Shown: positions 1-9,423 of the stretch, in pieces
How the letters are laid out: each line of letters starts with the position of its first letter
Numbering within the stretch: the first letter of the stretch is position 1
Source of the DNA: Rhodosorus marinus CCMP1338
Lineage: Eukaryota; Plantae; Rhodophyta
Assembly (NCBI GenBank): GCA_029953675.1
Contig: JAMWBK010000001.1
Location: forward strand, 1 to 64,000
Direction of reading: 5' to 3'
DNA length: 64,000 nt
The notes under the pieces: model-generated
Told to the model about the DNA's origin: nothing
What the model saw: only the letters and a program-made list of their open reading frames with translations
The model's database searches: none
Position numbers and translations under genes: made by a program

Positions 1-531
1 CGTTAGTCTAACGTAACCCCAGACTAACGTAACCCCAGACTAACGTAACCCCAGACTAACGTAACCCCAGACTAACGTAACCCCAGACTAACGTAACCCC
101 AGACTAACGTAACCCCAGACTAACGTAACCCCAGACTAACGTAACCCCAGACTAACGTAACCCCAGACTAACGTAACCCCAGACTAACGTAACCCCAGAC
201 TAACGTAACCCCAGACTAACGTAACCCCAGACTAACGTAACCCCAGACTAACGTAACCCCAGACTAACGTAACCCCAGACTAACGTAACCCCAGACTAAC
301 GTAACCCCAGACTAACGTAACCCCAAACTAACGTAACCCCAGACTAACGTAACCCCAGACTAACGTAACCCCAGACTAACGTAACCCCAGACTAACGTAA
401 CCCCAGACTAACGTAACCCCAGACTAACGTAACCCCAGACTAACGTAACCCCAGACTAACGTAACCCCAGACTAACGTAACCCCAGACTAACGTAACCAC
501 CATTTCCTCGAACCCAGACTAACGTAACTCC
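1..531 (+). repeat. Putative telomeric tandem repeat, 16-bp unit CCCCAGACTAACGTAA (G-strand GGGGTTACGTTAGTCT)
   Basis: 30 consecutive units start at 17, 33 ... 481 (period 16; one G>A variant at 326). The array is at the window start with the C-rich strand pointing outward, as expected for a left chromosome end. A short interruption follows (499-510), then a variant unit CCCAGACTAACGTAACTCC (513-531). Confidence 0.85.
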
Positions 532-3215
532 GTTATGAACGGAAGGTTCTCCACGATGTGGGAACACCTTACTGCTCACAGCAAAACCCTTGACACCACC
601 TGCATCGCACCTCCGCCGCCTCAGATACGCCACCGACAGAAACGAGCCCTACAACTCGCCAAAGCTCAACGTCTGTCCCAGTCTAGCCAACTCCTCCTGG
701 CCACCGATCTCGCCTCGAAGACTCCTGCCGCCTGGCGCGTTCTGGCTACGCTCTTCCCTGAGTACGAGGCCGCATCACTCTCCTCGGAGCTTGAATACGC
801 CCTACAGGCAAAGCTCAACGGACCGGAACGCAAGATATGGGACCCGACTTTGGCCTCTGACGAGAGCCTCCTGTCAACGCTGGAACACCTACCGTACGCC
901 ACAGCCCCCGGGCCGAGTGGACTCAAAGCCCAACATCTGCGAAGTCTCAAAATGACAACGCAACCGGTACTTGTGCGCTTCCTTCGCAAGCTTGCCACCA
1001 CTCCGGAGAGCTTCCCTGACGTGTTTCTCAAGCCATGCGCAGCAACCGACTCCTCGCGAAAGACAAGCGAACGTCTGCCGAAGCTAGACAAGGGCACCCG
1101 CTTCGTCTACGCCCGCTAGGGATTCCTGAGGTACTACGGAAGGCTGTCACCCAGTGGACACTTCGCGCTGTCGCCACGCCTCTCCGCGACTTTCTGCTCC
1201 CGGAACAACTCGGCATCTCGAACAGGTGGCTGCGAACATGCCATACACCTCGCGGAAGCTCACCTCGCAGCGCGCCCAAATGACTTGCTCCTCAAACTTG
1301 ACCTCGCAAACCGGATCATCGAGCTAGCTTTCCCCGAATTGAAGTCGCTTATGACAATGAGCTACGGACCACGAGGCGAGAGCGCCCCGCTCCAATTCGG
1401 ATGGCGAGACAGCGATGTCGAGGACTGGCTCCAGCTCCGAGCCTGGACTAGAGTCCAACAAGGCGACCCGCTGGGACCCGCTCTACACGCGCTAGCCCTG
1501 TCCTCACTCGCCACGAGCACTACGAGACCGGTTTCCGACGATCACTATTACCGCAATCCATGACGACCTCACCTTACTCAGCCCTCTGAAGGACGTGAAA
1601 GAAGCGCTAGACTGGAGCGAACACCACCTCCCCGAAATAGGCGCACAACTTCAAAGGACGAAATGCGAGCTTTTCGGACTCCAACTAAGGACGACCAGAT
1701 TCGTCAACAGGGAAATTCCCGACGTACATGTCACCCGGGACGGAATCCAACTTTATTCCATCCCTACTGGCACACGGACCTACGTCCATCACGCGAACAG
1801 GAAGCTAGAACGAGAACACGAAAAACTAGTCCAAGAGGTCATTCGTCTACCGACCACTGAGCTCCAAATTAAACTGTGCCTATTCCGCTACTGCGCAGGA
1901 CTGCGTCTGGGCTTTGCTCTACGCACGCTCGCCCTACAATATGGAGCCACTCTTGCACGCGAAGCCGATCGCATCTCGCTTCTGGAACTCGACAAACTTT
2001 TTGGCTCGCTCCTCAAAGGCCAGGGCCTCACAGGACCCGCAAAAGACGTGGTCGAAGCGCAGATCCAGCTCCCTTGCCGATGGGGTGGCGCAGGCCTAGC
2101 GATGAGAACACGAATACAACCCCTCGCCTTCTTCAGTAGTTGGCGACAGACTCTGAAACACAATTGGACTGGATCTAGCCACCTAGGAGCGCTACTCGAT
2201 GCCTGCACATCGACGAACCTCACCGAGCACCATGACATTCGACTCCTGCTACGCTCGAGGGATCAACTTGGAGAACAATTACTCGAAGCGAGCTTGCATT
2301 CTAAACGCAGTCTGGCACGAGGAACACCGGCCCCCATACTCCGCCTTACAGAATGGCAGTCGTTGGAGAGCCGGGGACAAGCAGAGAACCCGCACACACC
2401 ACCCGAGAGGCCCTTGATCGGTTCAACCCAAAAACTCCTCTCCAACTGGAGTCACCGACGGGCATTCGAGGAATTGGTGGAGAACGCGGAGATCAGCGAG
2501 ACGGCACGTGCGCGCATACGCTCCTGCAAGGGATCTGGAGGAGGTACTTGTCTGCGAGACTTGCCAAGGAAACACGGACGCGGCCTAAGTAGCGGAGAAC
2601 TGAACCTGAGCCTTCGACAACTGTTGGGATTGCCGTTGCCGGGTGTACGAACACTTAGTACGTGTACGATCTGTTCACAACCACACGACGCTGCAGGCAT
2701 TCAACGCCTTCACCATTCATTGCACCAGCTCTACCGGGAGCTGGACAATTTGGCATAACATGGTCAGGGACGCACTGGCGACAGTGCTGAGACAATGACG
2801 ACTAGAAGTGACAGTAGAACCGACTGGACACTACCAAGGCAGCCGGTTTCGGCCTGACATTCTAGCCCGACACCCACGAACAGGCAAGCGCTACGTGATC
2901 GATGTGAAGGTGACCTCGCCGTTGCAAAGAACACACGAACACAAAGCGTCTTGGGAGACCGGGTATGCGGCACACAAAGCGAAAAAGTTTAAAGAGTCCA
3001 AATACCGTGACAGTATCGGAGGACACAACGACGACATCTTCATCCCCTTCTGTCTGCAAACATTTGGGCTGATGGGACAACAAGCGAGTGAGTTCCTCAA
3101 GGAAGCGACTATACACCTGGATCAGCGGGCAACGCAAGTAAGTGAGGCTCGGGCGATCTTGAACCGCACTCTGTGGTTCTGTGGAACAGCAAGCAGTTAT
3201 TCTAATGGGAGCTAA
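531..3215 (+). mobile_element. CRE-like non-LTR retrotransposon, family A copy 1: 5'-truncated and frameshifted ORF2 (RT plus restriction-like endonuclease)
   Basis: Consecutive ORF fragments carry PGPSGL, RPLGIPEVLRK, LLPEQLGI, LKLDLAN, VQQGDPLGP, AIHDD (about 1553-1567), FRYCAGLRL, QLPCRWGGAGL, CTICSQPHD, and the RLE motifs RPDILA..VIDVKVTSP..K..KY..FIPFCLQTFG. The sequence begins directly against the telomere repeats. Confidence 0.9.
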
Positions 3216-3299
3216 TATTGCGTTGATCAAATCCCAACGGTAGCTGTGGCCCCTCAACAAGGTACTGTGTATTGTTTGAAATACACCAATAGAGGTGAG

Positions 3300-3780
3300 T
3301 CCCTAGCCCAATACAATAGCCCTTTGTACAACTTTCGAATTTCCTGCATCCTATTGAATGCCCCCCTGGTACGTGAATTTTTGCATCCAGACGTTTCTAT
3401 TATCAGTCCAGTCCCAGAACAACCATAGGCCAATCCACGGCCGGGGTAACCTATAATGTTCCCGATATTAATCGAGCTCGCAGATTGGGAACTGAGGGAG
3501 TAGCATTGTTGGACAGAGTCGACTACTAACACTGAGGACTTATAAGCACTAGATGTGATTCGTAGTTTGTCAGCTACTAGAGCAATAAGGATCAAGCCTG
3601 GGTAGGACTAGGGTTTTGCGCGCTTGCACCTGATGAACGCTTTCCCTAACTCCAAAGATCTCAGAGACTGGTATTGCATAATAGTGATCCTAGAAGCCTT
3701 CAATTACTGGTTGGTTCGGTATAAAGTGGTATATGAGCTGAGGAGATATGACACTCATAAACCTAGCTTTGTTTAACCCT
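3300..3780 (+). pseudogene. Decayed coding relic, possibly the C-terminus of an L1/Tx1-type ORF2
   Basis: A plus-strand frame with several stops ends in RDWYCIIVILEAFNYWLVRYKVVYE, which resembles the W...a...IW..RN..vF end of L1/Tx1 proteins. Resemblance judged by eye only. Confidence 0.2.
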
Positions 3781-3825
3781 TGCGCCTCCGCTTTTGAGAG
3801 TCTATTATGGTCTGCAAGAATCGGG

Positions 3826-4030
3826 AGGATAATCTGGAGGATAAATCTGGAGGATAAATCGGGAGGGCAAATCGGGAGATAAATCGGGAGGATAAATCGG
3901 GACGATAAATCGGGACGATAAATCGGGAGGATAAATCGGGAGGATAAAGGGAGGATAGTCGGGGGGATAATGGGGAGGGTAATCGGAAGGATAATCGGGA
4001 GGAGAATCGGTAGGACAATCGGCAGGATAG
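3826..4030 (+). repeat. Degenerate G-rich minisatellite, 12-13 bp unit GGGAGGATA(A)ATC
   Basis: About 15 imperfect copies are visible directly, e.g. GGAGGATAAATC, GGGACGATAAATC and GGAAGGATAATC. Confidence 0.9.
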
Positions 4031-4867
4031 AAATCCCCCCTGGTTTAAAAGAGTCCCATCCTTACTTTTCATTTGACATGGACCCAAAACTTTTTGTCGA
4101 GAATCTAATTTATTCAATCATATTGCCTTTCTCTGGAATCGTGAGCTAATTTCGGTGGTATGTACCCTTAGAATCGAGAAAGGATAGAAAAAAGAAATAT
4201 GTGCATGTTCCAACACCAAAGTAATGCACGCCTATTCTCAGAGTTAATATCATTAAACAAAAACAACGTTTGTATCATTAAATTTATTTGGACAGCGATC
4301 CTAATCCCCGTTTTCTCCGAAATATTTTGTAATCCAATCGTCTTCAGGAACCTCCGACAAGAAAAGTGCAGTGGTTAATCAATTATGCTTTTCTGATTTT
4401 GAGCTACGGAGAGTTTCGGATCCACACGCTGGAGGCTGCACTCAACTCACTGCTCTCGTTGAGTCAGAAACTGTTCCAGAAGGACTCTGTTCAGTCCTGC
4501 TACATTTCGCGGAAGAAAAATTCCTGTATAATTTCCCCTCAAATCATTTTTTAGATTAACAAACCTATTTTTCGTGTGGGTTAGCCCAACATTGACTGCA
4601 CGGAGCCACACGGGCAGTTGTTTGTTCGTTGCACTTTCAACGGGTTGGGGGGTGGGGGAGAGATCGCTGAGGTACAATTGACGGCAGTGGAGTAAGCTCT
4701 GCGGACCGGGGATCTGGATCAATCGTATTGCGATTCCCACTGGTTTTTTTTAGCCGTGACTCTAGCCATCTGAAATCCTGTATAGATCCCCAAAAATCTA
4801 CCCCAGACTATAGTAGGGGAAAGGAAGCGCGTCGGTATGGAATCCAGCGTTGCTGTAGGAAAAAACG

Positions 4868-5165
4868 CTCTCCCGCAGCAGCAGATAACGCCTAGCCTGA
4901 GGATTTGGAACGCAAGATCAACGTACGTAGTTCGGCGGCTATCGTCACAGGTAGCCCCCCCGCGAGGTCGGCAACTCGGCGTTCGTCATTTTCCCAGCAC
5001 TAGGCAGAGGTTTTTCTCGCTCGATTTCGAGACCAGATTGCCGTACGATGGGGCGCAGCAGCTCGCGATACAGCAGGTTCAGGATCCGTGTATGTTGGCG
5101 GGTGGGAGCTCCTTTCACAGTCGGGCAGCTAGCGAGCAAGTGAGCTCCAAATCCGCGGGAGCTTC
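4868..5165 (-). mobile_element. Family C RLE-retrotransposon fragment (CCHC knuckle to endonuclease)
   Basis: The translation DFGAHLLASCPTVKGAPTRQHTRILNLLYRE..RPIVRQSGLEIEREKPLP..RRTTYVDLA closely matches the copy at 23680-24570. Confidence 0.85.
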
Positions 5166-5499
5166 GTAGCTGAAGGCTTAGAGGGCATGGCGAGCCCCTT
5201 TCGGAGGGCCATGGAAGAGCGGGCTGTTAGGTCATAAAAATAATTATATGTATGCATCTACATATATATATTGCACACACTCTGTTGTATGAAGAATTCA
5301 CTGCAAACTTTTTTGCGCATCCTCATCTTGGGACGATATCACTACTGTAATAAATCAGATCACACCTCGCCATGCGGAATTGGAACTTCTGGTTGCTGAA
5401 CGATTCGCTAAGGTCAAATCAAGGGATCGTTCACGCCCGTACTCTATGTCCTGACAACACTTTTCCCTGGCACGTTTAGCTTCGCTGATTTTAAACTTT

Positions 5500-5567
5500 A
5501 GAAAGAATCGGATCCCCTGTCCTTCCCCAGAAAGAATCGGATCCCCAGTAAGAATCGGATCCCCAGT
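5500..5567 (+). repeat. Short direct repeat AAGAATCGGATCCCC x3
   Basis: Exact 15-mer at about 5503, 5532 and 5550, roughly 330 bp upstream of the secreted-protein gene. Confidence 0.85.
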
Positions 5568-5888
5568 CCTTCGAGGCTCCTTTATCTTTGATTTGTTTTG
5601 CGGAATCTCTAGCCCCGCATTGGCTGAAGCGAGGCAACGCGAAGGCCCAAACAGTGAAGAAATGCACACAGGCGGGAAATGGACCTTGGGGCATGGAAAG
5701 TGGGCAAAAATCGAACAGCCCTCGTGCCCACCAGCAAATCCACCCATGCTCGACGTAATTGCACAACTCTACTCAAGAGAATAAGTACGCCTCTTTTTGA
5801 TGCTCAGCGAAGTCGAGAGCGGAGTCTTGGTAGATTTGGGGGTTCAGAGGAGAAAGAAGCTGGACACGGAGAGAGGGGTTGAGGAGAG

Positions 5889-7790
5889 ATGGGGTCTTGC
5901 GCACTTGTAGCACTCGTACTGGCCGCAGTCCTTGCTGTCGTTCAATGTCAGGACTGCTCCAGTGATCCACGAAGCGGAGCGTTTGAATATTCAGAGTTTT
6001 GTAGACCACTCCGTGACAGGAATGGGGTCCGATATGGTGAAGTGTGTGCGGACACGAAGTTAAACGACAATATTGTGGCCGAGTTCCCCCCGAGCTGTAT
6101 GAGGCTCAAGTTCAGAGCTGATGAAGGATATCAACTCAATAAGCTGCGAGGAGGGGGCCACTTTGGTGAGCCTCCTGAAAAACAGGATAGATTTACGTCC
6201 TACCGGGACATCGATAGTTGGAAGTCAGTAAATGGGATAGTAGACCCGGTTACAGTAGCCAGGATTCTCATCTGTCCGGAGGAATTAGCCGGAATGTCTG
6301 AGTGCTGCGGAGGAACTGTCAATGCAGTCGCTTACGCCGTAGTCAGTTCAATCCCCGATGGTGAGGAAATCCGTGCTTTTCTCGGTGCCAACGAAGATAC
6401 GGATGACCTATGTACGACACGAGAGGCAGACAACACGACCTCCTGTACCGTTGAGATTCAGTGTGAGGCTTGCGCGGGGGATCAGTGCCGAGGGTTAGGG
6501 GGTGTTTGTTCCGCGATTGGCGACTTTCTCTGCCCCGCTCCAAGGGTATGTCGTTCTTTAATGCGCTAAACGTTTAGAACGAATCACGGAGGCCTTGAGT
6601 CCATCAGGACTGGTTTCCTTCAGAAAAACGCGCTTGGGGTTATTCCATGCTTTACAATCTGAGGGATAGTGAGTGTGTTGCAAACGGCTGACAAGTTGCA
6701 CCAACCTCTCTGACGTGATAGGTACCATACCTTCCAGAAGGTGATGAGTTCTGCGCATGTTGTGGAGAGGACTCGTGCTTGGATGGCTTCGACTGCATTG
6801 CACTTGACGATCCTGTTTGCCCGGACGCTTCGGTAAGTACTAGTCCACCTTCTGAATCAGCCTCTCCTTCCCTGGGACATTGCAAACAAGCTGAGACGAG
6901 ACCGTCCCCGGGTCTAACAACGCCAGGTGCTACTTAATCAAGACGGGGCATGTACTTGCGCGTGCGTGGCTGAGGGTACATGCTTTGCGGAGACAGAGAA
7001 CGTCTGCGTCACTTATTATGCATATGGGCTATTGAATTGCGACGGCGCGACTGAGCCCTTCAGAGACGAAAATGGTTTCTGTGCTTGCGGATGCACGGCT
7101 ACGGATACATGCGTTTTGGAGGGCTCTACCGACTGTATTAAAACTGCGGACTTCAACTGTTCTAATTCCGCAGAGGTAAGTTCCGATAAACCCCTGATTG
7201 GAAATGCCGCGAACGAAGATTTGTAAACCATTTGCAGCTGGCTTACTTCGTCCCGGCTGTACGTCTTATAACTGCGTTCTCCATGGTAGGATCCCGTCAG
7301 AGCTGATGACGGAACATGCTCTTGTGAGATCCAGTGCCCGTTGGGTACCTGCTTTGTCGTGAACTTTGCGTGCATCAACGCTGGAGGATCCTGCAACAAC
7401 AACAGCGTAAGTCCAAGGAAAAGCTCAAGCTCCGTTTCCAGAACAATTCTGACAGAAGAGTTCATCCCTTTCTACTTGGACCTCGCGGGCATCTGTGCGT
7501 CTACGAACCTCGTCTAGGCTGGATTTTCGGGCTTTCTGGGAAGAGGTGCGGACGGTTTAATATGCGATTGCTGCAATCCGGCGACCTCGTGTATTGACGA
7601 ACAGACTGACGTGTGTATCCTCCTTAGCGAATTTCCTTGCTCAAGCCCATCTGATGTACGTGATGAACTTTCCCCCACCGACTTTATGACACTCCTGCTC
7701 ACGATTTTGCTCTCGTTCTGGACGCGCTTTTCTTCCACCTTCGACTATAACGGACTCGGCCCTTTTTCTTCCTATATCCCTCTGCCTTAG
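5889..7790 (+). CDS. Secreted cysteine-rich modular protein (signal peptide, N-terminal domain, about six 6-Cys modules), multi-exon
   Basis: Hydrophobic signal MGSCALVALVLAAVLAVVQC. Inferred exons are 5889-6545, 6722-6832, 6927-7175, 7290-7406 and 7518-7790. GT(A)..AG introns join them in frame, all in phase 0, and each exon encodes Cys-rich units. The 3' end is uncertain (possible extra intron at about 7656). Confidence 0.75.
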
Positions 7791-7849
7791 GTTGCATTCG
7801 CCAATGGCGCGAACAAAGGATATTGCACGTGCCCCTCGTAAAACTTCAC

Positions 7850-7878
7850 TTGGCAGCTGCCTAGTAGGCAGCTGCCAA
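7850..7878. repeat. Perfect palindrome, 14-bp arms with a 1-nt centre (TTGGCAGCTGCCTA-G-TAGGCAGCTGCCAA)
   Basis: Read directly from the sequence. Confidence 0.9.
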
Positions 7879-8700
7879 CTGCAGACTAGCGTTTACGACT
7901 AGCGGAAAACTGTACGTTCTACACTCCAAAACAATGCAGTTGGTTTCGTAGGTAGATCAAGAAAGCCTTGGAGTGTATTTCTTCACTCGCAGGACCTACT
8001 AAAGTGACTTCCATTTGCACAAGAAGATACAAGTGTGTTCAAGCGACCCTGATTGCTGCAAGAAAGCATCCAAATAGAGGCTTGTTTAGAGATGAGAGTA
8101 ATTGCCCTAAACAAGAACCTCACAGCCAACACATGGCATTTTCTAAGCTATGGTCCTCATTTCAATCCGATAAAAAGTCATCCGATTGCGTGCTGTAAAT
8201 ATCGGACCTGAATGTCGCAACACATGCGTAGCTGTAGTTTTGCAGTAACTGTAAACTTTACTGGGCAGTTGCCTACTGCAGCGTATCACTATTTCTATTA
8301 CTATCAGGGGAAAACTTACGCCTACCGGGGTCTCCTGCTACGTTCAACAGAAAAAACATGGACCAGTGGATTCGCAAATTGGTCCACGCGCAAAGCGCCT
8401 AGGGCTATCTCTGCGTTCCTCGCCATAATTGCCTGTTGATCTGAGCCCGAACATTGCTCAGTTCTAAGCTCCGGGGGTAGCAAACGCTTGCAACTATCTC
8501 GTAGAAATTCCTGCGCCATTTGTCCTGTACGCCCAAAGTTCTCGATCGCAATGGGAATGAACTTGTCACTGACTTCTCCACCGACATAGCCTCATTGTAA
8601 TGTGCCATTTTCCACCTCTCCCCTCGTTTCGCTGCATATCCATTCTCCGCTCACTACGCCTCAAACACTTCTCCTGCAGTAGCGATGTAAGCGTCACGTC

Positions 8701-9150
8701 CGCAGATCTCCTCGTCTCCGATGCTGCCGCCAGACGTTCAGCATATGTTGACCTCGCGATTACATGCCCTGTGGCAAGCGCCCATCTCACGGCTGCCGCC
8801 CGCCGCGGGGAGCAGCGGCTTCGGCCCTTCGCCGCGTGCAGGAACGACGGTATGCTGAGAGTATGGCCAGCCTGCCTCGTGCTGAGGGTCGCTCCCACCG
8901 GTTCCCGCCTTTCATTGTGGAAAGCTTTGGTCAGGTGGAGAAGTCGGGTTTGGAGTGGTTGCGGAAATATTTTACTGAGCATCCTTTTGAATACGTGGAA
9001 CTATTGCGGAGTTTAAGTGTCTCTCTGTGGCGATATTCGAGTAGCATGCTTACCGAGGCGCGCCCCCATAGGCGCCTGAGTTTGCACGCTTCCCTACCTA
9101 GTTCTTAGTAGGCTATGCTAGTAACCAACATGCTAGTAAAGTCCAGTAAC
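8701..9150 (+). mobile_element. Family B 5'-truncated copy (RLE domain, 3' UTR and tail)
   Basis: ADLLVSDAAARRSAYVDLAITCPVASAHL...FIVESFG...LSVSLWRYSS..HASLPSS*, followed by the tail GGCTATGCTAGTAACCAACATGCTAGTAAAGTCCAGTAACC. Confidence 0.9.
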
Positions 9151-9423
9151 CAACATTCATTGACGATCTGAATGAATTTGTTTGGCTGAGGGTTGGGGTT
9201 TTGTTTCTTTTTCGGTCGCGAGCGTGTTCGTTTACGGGAAGCGCTTCCTCTGGTACGCCTTCCCCTCGATTTTCCGCGGTGCGTCGTTTGCATTTGCAAC
9301 TACTTCTGTCTTCCGGGTGGGTGTGTTGCGGGGCCTTTCCTATTTGGGTTGGGTTTGGTCGATTATTCTCTCGGTGCGGTTTCATATAGGAGGTGCAACG
9401 TTTCCTTTGCGCATTCCCTCAGG

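Noticed and set aside
1-531. CRISPR array or simple satellite interpretation of the 16-bp repeat
   Set aside because: There are no spacers, the context is eukaryotic with introns, and the terminal position and strand bias fit a telomere.
3254-3595. Minus-strand ORF with a faint copia-like LYKGLLY segment
   Set aside because: No other copia RT/RNase H motifs line up, and the opposite strand looks at least as coding-like.
3625-3660. CTGATGA hammerhead-ribozyme core (also at 6118, 7303, 25215 and 40513)
   Set aside because: No correctly placed GAAA or flanking stems are present, and several hits lie within coding exons.
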